This document shows, piece after piece, positions 1 through 12,496 of a stretch of DNA of 64,000 bases. Origin of the DNA: Monocercomonoides exilis PA203 (taxonomy: Eukaryota; Protista; Preaxostyla); contig LSRY02000032.1 in the NCBI GenBank assembly GCA_001643675.2, forward strand, positions 992,001 through 1,056,000, written 5' to 3'. Both the position numbers and the translations under genes were made by a program. Within the stretch, counting starts at the first letter, position 1. Every line of letters starts with the position of its first letter. The notes beneath the pieces are model-generated. The model was not told the DNA's origin and ran no database searches. It saw only the letters and a program-made list of their open reading frames with translations.

Positions 1-329
1 CATGACAATGCATGCATTTCTGAACGATTCCACATTTCAAACATGCATCTTTTTTCTTTCTGCTTGAGTATCATGTTTCCAACTTCAATTGTTGAGTTCA
101 GTAGTCTTGTCTTTGAGCACACAACACCGTGTCCTCGAGACAATAAAGAATTCTCTGGGCAAAATCCAACACCACGAGCACATTCATTTTGCAAGCATTT
201 GAGATTTATTTCTTTTGTTGAAGTCGTCAGTTGTGTGTTGCAATTCTGATCGCGTTGATTGAAGCAACCATTTTGCAGACTAATGAGGATAAAAGCGGTC
301 AAACAACACACAATTAAGTTGCATATCAT
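1..329 (-). CDS. 5' end of a secreted or surface protein (runs off the window), possibly another member of the Cys-rich beta-helix surface family
   Basis: Manual translation from the ATG at 329 stays open to position 1: MICNLIVCCLTAFILISLQNGCFNQRDQNC...RCMFEMWNRSEMHALS. The N-terminus is hydrophobic and signal-peptide-like. Not in the ORF track because there is no stop in the window. Confidence 0.6.
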   Translation of the reverse strand, partial: MICNLIVCCLTAFILISLQNGCFNQRDQNCNTQLTTSTKEINLKCLQNECARGVGFCPENSLLSRGHGVVCSKTRLLNSTIEVGNMILKQKEKRCMFEMWNRSEMHALS

Positions 330-369
330 GTGAATTTTTGATCTAATTTTATATTATGCGATCACACAA

Positions 370-575
370 TTGATCCTTTTTGAAATTAATCTTTCGTTCG
401 AGATCGAACAAAATGTTTTTCTCAATCGGAATTGCAAATAAATATATTTCCTTTTAAACAACATCAAAAACAATATTTGTTTTCTGTTTCGGTTCAGTTT
501 TTCAAATCCCATTGAGAAAAAAATTTTGATCAAAACTCGAACTAATGTATGATTTCAAAATTGACCAGCCATATA
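370..575. mobile_element. Degenerate ~200-bp fold-back (MITE-like) element, copy 1
   Basis: Left arm TGATCCTTTTTGAAATTAATCTTTCGTTCG...TTTTCTCAATCGGA and right arm TCCCATTGAGAAAAAAATTTTGATCAAAACTCGAAC...CAGCCATAT are imperfect inverted repeats. Both arms match the element at 12497-12709. Confidence 0.55.
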
Positions 576-1006
576 TTTTTTTGAAATTTATTTCAAACAG
601 TTTTTTTTCAAAAATATTAAAAACAATAAAAATTATGAACTTATTATCGTTTATTTCATGATGAAATGAGAAATGCAGATTCAGGAATTGTTCATAGCTT
701 GAAATGAGCCTTTTCGTATGATTGTGAGATAATCACTTTTATTTTTGACAGAATAACAAGCATCTTTGAAAACAACCCTTCCTGAAAAATAGTGATTCAA
801 ATTTTTGTTTGACTAAATAAGTTTTGCATGTATTTGTTTTAAGTCCTTTTAATTTTGATCAAATTTATATTATAAAAATTTTAATAATAAGATTTTGATT
901 TGTTTATAATTAAAAAAGAACAATTTTTATTTTTTAAATTTTAAATGTCAATGCGTCAAAAAAATGAAAAATCAAAATTCATAGAATTCGTCTTATCTTC
1001 CATTGT

Positions 1007-4000
1007 TTATAAGAGAGAGAGAAGCATCTCTGCCAAAGAAACTTTTCGAGATCTGAGTTCAACAGAAACATCAACTCCAGAACTTTGCAAAGCAAACTCT
1101 GCTTGTCCAACAATAGGAGTGCCATCAACAAACAAGCCGCTCAAACGAGTTTGTATCTTTTCTGTGTTGTCTCCGATCTCATCCATCGTATCAGAGGCCA
1201 GTGACAAAGTGGTTGTCAGCAGTTCCAGTGCAGCTGCAACTGTGCGTGCACGAGGAAGTCTAAGTTTGCGTCTCTTTGAGCTGTTCTTGTTTGCTTCCCA
1301 TTCCGTGTTCCATGTGTGACCCCAGCCAGCACCTTTCACAAAATCGGACAATGAAAAATGAAGCGAGCGTAACTGGTAAGAGTCTTTCACTCCATCTTCA
1401 TAAGGCTTGCCAGTTGGATCAAGCTCGTGCGAAATAAATCGCATTGTTGTTGAAAGAGTTCCTGTTAACGAAATGAGAGTTCAAATTCAAACAGAAAAAA
1501 TTTCAGCCGAGAATAATAAAACGAAAATTATGAACATATATTAAACAAGAAATGCTCTCTCAAAGCAGAATAATCAATCGCAATTTGCATTTTCTCAAGC
1601 ATCAAAAACAAAATAACGCAAAGACGTCATAAGTTTCATTTAAGCACACCAATTGGTATTTCATCAGAGCTGCGAGTGAAAGTGACGAATGTTGGTAAAG
1701 TCTGTTCAGGATCAAGATGACGAATAGCAACAGACTGAGATGGCTGAAGAAGCGAAGGAATGCAATCGGATGATGTGACGTCCATTTGAACAGTCCTTAA
1801 TTGAAGCTCTTTCACAGTGTTTGTTACTTCGTACTACAATAAAAATAGCATTGCATTCAACAAATCAACAATGAATCAAAAATTTATAAATTAAATTGAA
1901 AGTTTTGAAATTAATAATAATTATTATGATTATGATTATTATAAAATATATTCAAACGTTAATACACAAAAGTTCGATGGAACAAACATAAGATAAAACA
2001 ATCTCTCTCTCCGAAAACACACCATAAGACCAATCTGCTTTTGAGAAATAAGTTTTGTAACAGAAACAGCGAATTCTGTTTCGGGTTCTGTCAGTGCAAC
2101 TGGAGCCGATCTCTTGAACACCGGAGTGAGTCCCTGTCAATTCGAAGTGCAAACACAATGAAAGAAAGAAAGAATGAAAGAATGAATGAAAAGATTAAAG
2201 TATTAAATGATTATAATTTCCATAAAAACGAATCATATTTTAAAAATCATTTTAAAAAAAAAATTACACGATATTAAATAATCCAATGATCTCCAATATC
2301 CACTCGGTTGTATGTCTAATAATAATTTTTATTGCATACCAAATGTTTGAGCACAACATCCTCTCTCGAACCTCTGCCACTGCTGCCCAAATCGTCAGCA
2401 TCTCTCCTTTTATCTCGTCCGCTTTCGTCTCTCTCTCTTTCTCCAGCGCTGCTGTCTCCCTTTCCACCCGCTGTCTCTTCCTCTGCATCCTCCTCAAGAT
2501 CCTGCCTTGCCACTGTCGATCGGAGCAACAGCATCGTCGAAGGCAGCGCTGTCTCAAACAGCACATTCGCATCAATTCCCAGCTTCCTCCCTTTCGTCGG
2601 CAGCGACTCATCGTCTGTGCTCTCCTGCGTATCGCTTAGTGCAGACAGCAGATAAACCAGACGGTCTCTCACTTCGTCATTCTCGTCATCCTTGAAGCGC
2701 TTCAGCAGCGTCACAATGTCTTTGCGCAGATGTGGTGCGTGCAATGCAATCGATGCCAGTGAGCTGATGGCTGATGCTCTCACAGACGCATCTTCCAACA
2801 GAGCACGGTTGTACAGCGCTCTCACGTAATGAGAAGGATCAAAGGATGCAAAAGAGGTGGAGGAGACAGCAGAAGATGAGGAGGAGCCAACAGACTGAAT
2901 GGATGATGATGCCGGAGAAGATGGCAATGAATCAGTTGCGGATGGAGCGTATTGACTTATGAGCGATGAGGAAAGAGGAGCAATGTGCGAGCACGACGCA
3001 GCAAATGATGCAGGTGTAGATGTAACAGCATTGGACAGCTGTGGTGGGATGAACTGCGAAACAAAACTATTGTTATTGTCTTCAGAAGAAGCAGATTGTT
3101 CAGGAGTTGACTGCTGAGGCATTTTGTTCTTCAGATTCGAGAGGAATGCGGTTGATGAAGGAGGCAGTCCAGCAAGTGATGCTGCATCCATCAGTAGATC
3201 AAGCGAAGAGTTCTTAGCACTTCCCTTTTCGCTGCCTTGCTGGCTGTAGATGATGCCTTTCAGTGCGTTGTTCAATCGAGATTCAAACAGCGTAGGAGCC
3301 TCAAGCGAAGATCCACGGAGCTTTCTGTAGTCTTCCTCGCTTTCCTGCTTGACCTTCAATTGCTCTTCCTCCGCTGTGCTCTGCCCATTCGCCTGAGCGC
3401 TCTCTGCTCTCCGCAGCTGGCAATGCTGGTCCTTCCAGGCAGCAGTGGCGTCGCTGAAGAGGCGGTTGATGCGCCGACTAAGTGAACTGTCATCGCAGTC
3501 TTCAACAAATTCGCACAGACGCGTCAGTCCTTCAGACTGGATCGATGGCATGCGGTTCATCAAAGTGATGATCGAGTCAATCGCCTTCGACTTCATCTGT
3601 TTTCTTCCTTCAACATGCAGCGATGATGATAGAAGTGTCATCACACATAAAACAGCTTTCTCAGCTGTCATCTCTTCCTTTGCTCCTCTCGTTCTGCTCT
3701 TCTTCTGCCCCGACGATGGAGAGAACGATGCATCACCTGGAGAATCTGCAGCTGTTCTTTTTCCTTCAGCCTTTGCAAGTCCAAAGCGCACAGCAGCATC
3801 GATAAGCTCGATTTGCTGTGCCTCCTCCAGCTGTACAATCAGGCGCGTGTACTTCTCCACACCGTAGCCTGAAATGGCTGATTGCGAGCTGGAAGAAGAC
3901 GAAGAGCCGATCGCAAAGCCTCCGTCTTCAGCCACAGACAGCAGCAGCACTGCAGCCCACGTGGCTGTCTGCTTGTTGTCATCGCTGAGCAGCGATTCGA

Positions 4001-5457
4001 GGAGAGTGCAGGGAAGAAACGACAGCAGGCTGAGTGAAGGTGATGAATGTGCATTGCCTGCATTTGGGCAGTAGTGATTGTGGATCGCACGAAGTGTAGC
4101 AAATCGTGTTGAAGAGTCACTTCCGCGCAGAAGTGTAGACAAAACTGTTCAGCGTGCATGGGTTGTTTTACACATATGACAAAAGTGCGGTAGTTAATAA
4201 AATTCGCCATTTATTAATAAGGTCCAACGTTTGATAAATGCAAATTGCAATGGTATGGTTCAAAGATTTGTAAAATATTAACCGGTCAAAATAAAAACAG
4301 AAAAAGTGAAAAAAAGAAAGAGTCAACAAATAAAATGCAAACCAACTGTCAATCTGTCGCTTTCTTGAGCTTCCTGATTGATTTTAAAAATGCCCTGAAG
4401 TGCCTCAATTTGAACCTTCTCGGAGACTGAATCGAAACCAGACTCTATAACTTTTAGAAGCTTTCTGTCTGTATCATTCCACTCTCCATTTCCTCCGTCT
4501 CTGAACGAATTTTGCTGCTGCCTGTTCATCTGGCGAGGAGGATGTCGCTTTAACAACACCTCAGCTGCATAGCGAATTTGCAAGCATTGCGCAAGATGAT
4601 TTCGAACTTGCGATGCTTCAGTCAATAGAACTTTAGCAACAGATAACGGATCATCTTTCCGGATAGCGTGAAATGCAGCAAGCGCATGATACTGTGTAAT
4701 TGTCCTATGCTTCGTCAAGCAATCTGTAATTGAGGCAATCCATCTACGAACAGCCTCAGGATTGGTTTTCGCAATTTTGATGCATGCCAGTAAGCTAGCA
4801 GAAGCAACTTCTGAACTAGGATCAACAAGAGCTGCTTGAAAATATTTCTCCACTTGAAGCAAAAATGAATTCTTAATTGATATAACAATTATCATGACAA
4901 TAATCTCCAAAAAAAATATTTAAATGTTCGCAAACATCCACAATTTGTGCAAGAACCCTTAAAGCATTTGCTCGAAATCCGGGCGTTTCACTCGTTATAT
5001 CTTTTGTCAAAGAGCTTGTAACAATAATAACATTATCTTGAGACGGTCTGAGGGATTTGCAAGCAAGAAACAAAAGACGGTGCAAATGTACCTGGATGAA
5101 AATAAAATGATAAAATATAAAGTTTTATAAATTTATGAAATTAATATTTAAAAATGATAGCAAAACATCATTCTGCATAAACAGATTGGTTGTCCTAAAA
5201 AATACAGATGCTCGCTCTGGTTCCGACAAATATTCTCCACTGTGTATAAGCCAAAGAATTCTACATAAAATAACGCGACTAAAAAATATTCCAATGAATA
5301 AAAGAATCAGAAAATATTAAAATTAACAGCAATACCATTTTGAAGGTTTTGATCCATGTGTATTAAATGCTCTTGCTTGTTGAAGTGTTTCTTCTTTTGA
5401 AACACCATCAAAGGGCACAACTCCATCCTCTTGTTCCCTTCTTGAAAGTTCGATCAT
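1007..5457 (-). CDS. COPG: Coatomer subunit gamma (gamma-COP), about 8 exons
   Basis: The spliced GT-AG model from ATG 5457 gives MIELSRREQEDGVVPFDGVSKEETLQQARAFN..., VIIVTSSLTKD, QYHALAAFHAIRKDDPLSVAK, LCEFVEDC, DPSHYVRALYNRALLEDASVRASAISSLA, DENDEVRDR and FKRSAPVALTEPETEFAV. All are gamma-COP trunk or appendage signatures. Stop TAA at 1007-1009. Confidence 0.93.
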
Positions 5458-7024
5458 TTCAAAAAAATGTTTATATGGTTCAAAATGTCATCTTAACTCT
5501 TTCCTTCTTAATAATTTTATAAGTGTAAATTTGATTAAAGGTGTGATTTTTTTTGATTTTTGATCAAAATGAATTATAATACGATTTAAAATCTTTTCAT
5601 TTTATTTTAAAAAATATTTCGTTATACACACTTTGACTTTTTATATTTTAAATTTTTGAATATATAAATATTGTTGAAGTTTATGAGCGGGAATATATCG
5701 CATATTATATTTGTAAAGAATGAATATTTTTTTTCAGCATTTTTTTTCAATTTTCCATGAAAATATCCAACATACCAGATTTTATACAATAATTTTATAA
5801 ATGTTAACTAAAACGTGATTTGCTCCACGTTACAATTTTGTTGAAGATTTCCTTTTATTTATTGAGCACCAAATTTTAGTAATTATTTATTGAGCAATTG
5901 CTTTTGAATGGTTGTTTTGTTCTTCGCATTTTCAATTTATTGGTACTAATTCTTGGAAATTCAGTTGTTTTTGTTGTTAAATTAGTTTAATGAATCGAGT
6001 TGGTTCAAAGATTGATATCAAATAAATTTTGATGATTGTGGAATTGTGCGAATAATTCGGAATGAAATATGCAATGAAGACTCCATTTAACAATCATCTC
6101 AATTCTTCTTTTTTGTGTGAAAATTCTTTTAGAGTTTTATGTAGAATATTTTTCGGTTTGTCATTTGATTAAGAAAATTCAAATTTTAGTTTATTTAAGT
6201 TTAATAAAGTCACATTTTTTCAAAAAAAATCTTTTCTAAATAAAGTTGCAAATCACTAATTTCATTGCTTCTCGACATAAAAAAACAATGTTTGATTTTG
6301 ATTTCAACATGCATTTATTTGTTATTTCACAAATGTTTCATGAAGCTTTGTGATAAATACTTTATTACTATCGATAGATTTGCACACTGATATAAATCAC
6401 TTCATTTTATATACATTTTTAATATTTTTGTGCATTTCCTAAAAAGAGAAAAATCTTTTTTTAATCATTGAGGAAACAACTTGGTTAAAATGAAATCATT
6501 ATTGTCGTGTGAGTTTGAAAAGAGAACGATAATGAATGAAAGAGACACAAAAAAGAATGGTATTTTCTTGAGGCGAGCCTTTAAAAGGTGTGAATGAAGT
6601 GTTGTGCAAATAAATGGGTGAAGTCCATTAACGATTAGAAAATGAGAAAGAAAGAAACTCCTAATAATTAAAAATTTGTTTGTTTTTTGATTGTTCAACA
6701 CAAATTCCAGTGCAACAGTGAAAGTAATCATTCGTAACGAATACCGGTTTGTTAAAATATCATAAATTATCTGCAATTCACTTTATTAAATCACCTCAAT
6801 ATATTATCCAACATTCAAAAAATGCACACTGAAAAAATAATTCCTTACATATGAAATAACAATTTGAAATAAAGAGAAGAACAACATTTCACAAAAGATA
6901 ACACAACCGTTAGTAAATTGCATAATTTTAAACTGTAAAAACAACTTTTAAAATAAATGTGATCTCTTGCAAACAACAAATATAACTTCATGGTAACGCA
7001 AAATAAATAAATAATGTGTTCTAC

Positions 7025-7672
7025 TTACAAAGCAAATCCATAAACTGTAACATATGCTTGTATTGTTTCATTACTCCAAGGTTCCATCAAAAAATCTTTA
7101 AAAATACAAGAGAAAAGAGCATTTCACATTAAAATCAAAGAAATATTAAATTCAATCATAAAAAATGTCATTAAATATTTCTCAAACTATCAGTGGTTTT
7201 ATCCCAAAGACACATTGAGGACGATACAACTCCTGCTCCAACGTTTTGAATTATTACACAGGAAACTATTTTGTTAAATAAGGGAAAAAATATTTTTTTC
7301 TGTTGATAAAAAATAAATAAATAAAAATGTTCAAACCAGAGTATTTGTATTGATGTTTTAGCATTGAAAGTTTTTTCAAAATGCCTTCAAGTATTGAATT
7401 TGTCCAAAAATCAAGCCTGAAACGTAAAAAAAGATTCATCAAAAATTATTATCATTCAATATTTAGTTTTATTCTTTAAAATGATCCAAAAAAGATTTTA
7501 TCTCGCACCTTGAATTTTGGAATTCAGTTGAAGGTTGTAAAATTGAGTTATAAGTTTCTCTTGCAATTTCTTTAAAACATAAAAAAGAAATATATATAAT
7601 TGATGTATAATATATAGTTGCAATACCTCTGATTTCTTCAGCAGGAAATGGATGTCCAAGGTCAAGCTCCAT
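7025..7672 (-). CDS. DYNLT: Tctex-1 family dynein light chain (DYNLT1/3-like), 5 exons
   Basis: Manual splicing of four GT-AG introns gives MELDLGHPFPAEEIREIARETYNSILQPSTEFQNSRLDFWTNSILEGILKKLSMLKHQYKYSVSCVIIQNVGAGVVSSSMCLWDKTTDNFLMEPWSNETIQAYVTVYGFAL*. This follows the Tctex-1 pattern (WT..I, KY.V.CVI.Q..GAG....S.C.WD..TD, W.N). Confidence 0.88.
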
Positions 7673-7988
7673 TTCTCTTTCTATCAAATTCAAATTTATA
7701 TCATGGGATGAAAATCCTAAAAAAGTTTTTGATGAAAATGGAATTTTCTTGTCTTCTTTGAAAATCTTTTGATATTTATTATAAATGTTCTCTCACATAT
7801 TTCAGTCATTAATAATTCAAATTGAAAACAATTTGTAACAAATGAAATTTTTGAATCATAAAAAAATTGTAAATATATAAAGTACATAAAAATCTTTCTT
7901 CATTCATTTTATTAAGGTGATAAATATAGCCCTGGGTGACGTGAAGAAAAAATTCTCCACGTCCGTCACCTATTTTCCACTTCAATTG

Positions 7989-8046
<58 letters not shown>
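7989..8046 (+). repeat. 58-nt poly(A) tract near the left end of the hAT-like element
   Basis: Uninterrupted A run from 7989 to 8046. Confidence 0.95.
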
Positions 8047-8047
<1 letters not shown>

Positions 8048-8399
8048 ATATTTGCTGTTGATTTGAAAAATTTACTTATTTATTTTTTTGCAAAATTCAG
8101 TAAATATTTTTGGAATATATTAAAAAATATGAAATCAAAAATCCCATTTTTATATGATGAGGAATTAAAACTTGCTTTGAAAAAAATAACAAATGAGATA
8201 TGAATGAATGAAAGATGATGGTGTGAGTGCAACCTTTTCATTGCTTCTTATTATTATTCTTTCATTTGGAATTGAAGAGCACAAGCATATTGTTATCCAA
8301 TTTTTGAATGAAAACAACATAGCTTTCTAAACACAATTGCATTATCAATAATCAGATTTAGGGTATTTCGTAAAAATACACAGGTGTGCAAAGTGGTTA

Positions 8400-9774
8400 A
8401 TTTTGAACATATGATGAGTGGATTTCTTTCTTCATTTTTTGTTTTTTGAAAAATTGTTTTCTTTGCTGAAGCATTGCAGTGAGGATGAACAGAAAGCAAA
8501 ATTGAGGAGATGAATGGAGTTATGGAGAAGATGAGCTGCAAAGAAAACACATTTGTTATTTTGGAAGAACTGTTCGACAAAATAGATGGAATAAGTTAAA
8601 AAGAGAAATATTTTATCGAAAATACTCTGTTGCTGTCGAAGTACATTGGACATTCCAATGCGTTGAACTTTTCGTGATGATCAAATTTTCAGCGAACTTC
8701 TTTGGATGCAAGATTTGTGAAGATGATAATTGAAGAAGAAAAGAAAAGGAAGAAAAGAATGAAAAGTTTCTTGTTGATCTTTGAAAATGCAATATTTAAA
8801 CCGGATTTACAACATCATCGAAATTTATTTCAATATGTGTGCCTTGTCTGCTGAAAGTTGCGTTGAAGAAAGAGGAAAGCGAAGAAGCCCAAAAAAAAGT
8901 GGAAATGGCGTTGCTTTCTTAAAGTAATATTGACTTATCATGGGAAAGGAATTGTTTTTGTAGCTTTATTTTCATCATCATTTTTTTAGAATTGTCAGAG
9001 AGTGACAAAAGAATTGTATTTGAATGAGATCAAAGAGATCATCCTATTTCATCAAGAGCACCACAATCTCACTCAGCTTGCCTATCAATCAGCTTGGCGG
9101 TTTTTGATGAACAGATTATAAAAAGGCAAATGTCTGGAAGAAGTCATCGAGAATGATCTGCATTTTGGGAAGGATGCAGCAAGAGAACTGGAAGATATTT
9201 CAAAATGTGAAGATTGGAAGAAAGAGATAGAAGAAAAGGTGAAAGAAAAGAAAGAAGAGTTTATAATGTTGAGATGGATTGCAACGCTAAACATTTAATT
9301 AGACAGGTATCGATTGAGGGATAAAGAATGTGCTGGGCTTTTAGCAGCATTGTTATGGCGTTTAGAGTAGCAAAGAATAATCACAGAGAAATTTGCAAGG
9401 GATGCAATAGTTCGCTTAATACTGCTGCAAAAAGAAACAGATCAAAAGTTAATAACTTATAGGAGAGTGGAGCTATTGATGTATTTTTGAAAGAGATTCA
9501 CATGTCAACATTGAATGATCGAAAGTTTAAAAAATTCCAAGAAATTTTTGGTTATATTTTATATCGATTAAAAAAAGAGGATCATCCTTTTCTACCATTT
9601 CATCATCATGATGAAAAGGAAGGAAAGGAGTATTGCGAAATGGAAGAAGAGGAACGAAAAGCATTGAAAAAGAAAGTTTTTGAAAAGATAGAAGAAGAAG
9701 GATATGAAGATATCATCATTTGCTTTCAAGAAATGTTTGATTTACAAAACTGTAAATTATTTCCAAAAATATAA
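8400..9774 (+). pseudogene. Degraded copy of a Glu/Lys-rich alpha-helical hypothetical gene, carried inside the transposon
   Basis: Coding-like fragments (..RFVKMIIEEEKK.., CVPCLLKVALKKEESEEAQKKVEMALL, ELYLNEIKEIILFHQEHHNLTQLAYQSAWRFL, ..EKIEEEGYEDII) are broken by several frameshifts and stops. They resemble a highly repeated oxymonad hypothetical family (recalled, not searched). The start coordinate is approximate. Confidence 0.65.
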
Positions 9775-11293
9775 ATTAATTTCTGATTATTTTATGGATG
9801 CTTTTGGAAATTCGAAGATTTTCATATTCAGATTTTTGCTTTCTCCTTTTACTTAATTTCACGAATTGAAAACAGATTGTTGTCAGAATAAATATTTAAA
9901 CAGTATTAATTTTTCCATATCATTCCATCGGAATGTGTAACGAAAACAAAAACAAAAAATAAAAATAATAATTTTCTTCATTCTCTCAATTTCTTTTTTA
10001 TTCTTTGAAAATCTTCCCCGAGTAGCTAATTTTCGAACGAATTTCATCAAAAATGGAAATTATCTTGTTCTCTCATATCACCGAGCTGTATCTCCTGCGC
10101 TTCTTTGTTGTTTTGTGGTTATCTGGGCTCTTTATAAACTTCTCTTTAGTCGATAAATTTGAATCAACTTCACAAGAGAGAAACAAACGCTGAGTGAACA
10201 CTTATGATTAGGAAAAAAAGAAAACGAGAAGAATTTTTAAAAGCGTTCAAATTTTGAACGCTTGTATTATTCAAGTTGGATAATTTTCGTATATTTATGA
10301 AAATATGAAAGGTCATATGTTTAATAATACTAATTCCGCGCATTACAAGAACATGTGAAAAGAACGTAACATTTTCAATCATTTGATAACAAATCCCACT
10401 CGCTTTTTCGTGTTGTTAATGCTCCTCAAACTGAAGGGTATCCAAACATTTTTAATTTTTGCGCAAATTGATCCTGATTTTTATCAGGAAAAATAATTAG
10501 GCCATATATTGTAAATTGTCAAATGATATTTTCCATAATGATATGGAAATAAGAATTGGTTGCACAAATCCTTTTACAGAATCCATTTTCATTTATTAAC
10601 AAGCAGGATATTCATAACGTTTATATTTTTCAACGAAAATCTTGAAAGACATTTGTTTTTCAAACAAGTTGACCAAAGCAATTCTCATAATGATCTATAA
10701 AAAAATAAGTAAATTAACTCTTGATAAAATAGTTTTAAATTCAGACCTTGTCAATATTTTGCATTTGAATGTTTGTGCAATTGAGAAAAACTTCATATGG
10801 TTTAATTATGTTGCTTTTTTTTTTTGTTTGAACTAGCTTCTTTTGTAAAATAGTTGCATATTCAGATAATAAAACAAAAATTTATGGATGCTTCCTTTAG
10901 AAATATAAAATCAAACCTTTTTTTTAGATATAACTTGTGTTATTCATTCTTCTGCAGATTTTTTTTATTTTAAAGTAAAACTGACTTGAAGTGGAGTCAG
11001 AAGTCACTGACGTCAGTGACGTGTCAAAATTCCGATATACGCTTTCACGTCAGTGAAAAATACATTATGGAAAAATTAATAAAGAAAGATTTATAAAATT
11101 TTTTTTGGTTTTTTTATAATAAAAAAAACTACATGATTTGGAAATACTTTTTTTTTTTATAAAAACTTAATTAATTCTTTGATTTTTTCTTATGACGTGG
11201 AAAAATATGACACGTCCGTCAAAAATCGAAAAGGTCACGTCAGAAGTCACCACGTCACCCAGGGCTAGATAAATATATATATATATATATATA

Positions 11294-11690
11294 CAGATAT
11301 CGCATAAAATACCGGACATCGCACAAAATACCGGACAAGATCAATTTCACAATAACCGCAAGAGGAATAATTCTGACTATTTTCCTCAAAACACACCTCA
11401 TCAATACAAACTCAATTGATATACGAGACTTTAAAAATCGCCTCATTTGTGCTCAGAGAAATTTATTTTTTAAAATTTCGGAGAAACAGGATTTTGAGTT
11501 ACTCCGAGATTTCGATATATATTTTTTCTGAGCTCAAGCGAAGCTTTCCTAAAAGTCTTGTATATCAATTGAGTTTGTATTGATGAGGTGTGTTTTGAGG
11601 AAAATAGTCAGAATTATTCCTCTTGCGGTTATTGTGAAATTGATCTTGTCCGGTATTTTGTGCGATGTCCGGTATTTTATGCGATATCTG
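11294..11690. mobile_element. Tc1/mariner-type MITE (397 bp) with ~139-bp TIRs
   Basis: Ends read TA|CAGATATCGCATAAAATACCGGAC ... GTCCGGTATTTTATGCGATATCTG|TA. Arms 11294-~11432 and ~11552-11690 are near-perfect inverted repeats, with a TA target duplication. Each arm contains a tandem 19-bp direct repeat ATCGCA(T/C)AAAATACCGGAC. Confidence 0.9.
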
Positions 11691-11869
11691 TAACAACTTT
11701 TGAATAATTATCCTTCAGTTTTTAATTTATCCTTTCGTAAAATTCTTGTGAAACTTCATTTTTGATTTTTTAGGTTGTTTTTTTCGATATGGAAAAATTG
11801 CCAAGATGAGAATAATATCGTAAGCATAGTGAAAAAAATATCATTTTGTGCGCAGAATATAAAAATACA

Positions 11870-12114
11870 TGAGTAAAAATTTTTTTGAAAAGTTCCTTTT
11901 GCTATAATATCTAATAAACCAAAATTTACATATTTCGATCAGATTTCTGTTTTCACTCACCAAATTTCTCTGTCATGAATATAAGATCTTGACAATGTAA
12001 TTATTTCCATTTTTGTGAAGTTTCATGAGAGATAACAGAAAATTGATTGAACTATGAATTTTTTATTTTCTTTGAAAATTAAACAAAGGGAACTTTTCAA
12101 AAAAATTTTATTCA
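11870..12114. repeat. Degenerate inverted repeat pair (old fold-back element)
   Basis: TGAGTAAAAATTTTTTTGAAAAGTTCCTTTTG (11870-11901) pairs with CAAAGGGAACTTTTCAAAAAAATTTTATTCA (12084-12114). Weaker similarity continues outward. Confidence 0.5.
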
Positions 12115-12496
12115 AGTGGTAGTATTGTCTGCCAAATAAATATTTATGAATGCTTATAAAAGACTTTCATTTGAAACTTCTGAAATTCAAAAATTTTGAA
12201 AAGGATTATTTTAAAGTTATTGACAGAAAAAAGTGATAAATACCACATCTCGAAAAAAATTATGATTTCAGAAATACTTGCCCGTATGATTTTTTATCTT
12301 GAATCATGTATAAGGAACAACGAAAATCGACATCGTAATAATAATTAATTATTGCGAATACTTTATTCTTTTTATTACAAAACCATAACTTTTATAACGT
12401 TATCATTTTTATCGTTAATTTCTGTATAATTGAAAAAAAAGGGTTTTAACTATCCATTCATTCAGAAAAATCAAAATTTCAAAAATAATCTCCAGT

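Larger units (their letters stand above)
7927..11267. mobile_element. Non-autonomous hAT-like DNA transposon (3341 bp) with cargo
   Basis: Perfect 17-bp TIRs: TAGCCCTGGGTGACGTG (7927-7943) and CACGTCACCCAGGGCTA (11251-11267). Exact 8-bp TSD GATAAATA (7919-7926 and 11268-11275). Subterminal TGACGT/ACGTC repeats at both ends. No transposase ORF found. Confidence 0.82.

Noticed and set aside
6465-6776. 103-aa minus-strand ORF
   Set aside because: It has a non-ATG start, is AT-rich and shows no recognisable similarity. It is probably intergenic.
9800-10950. Transposase remnant inside the hAT-like element
   Set aside because: Only short broken frames are present. I could not identify convincing BED-finger, DDE or hAT dimerisation motifs.
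11294-11345. 19-bp direct repeats as a CRISPR-like array
   Set aside because: There are only two adjacent units without spacers, and they are part of a MITE terminal repeat in a eukaryotic genome.
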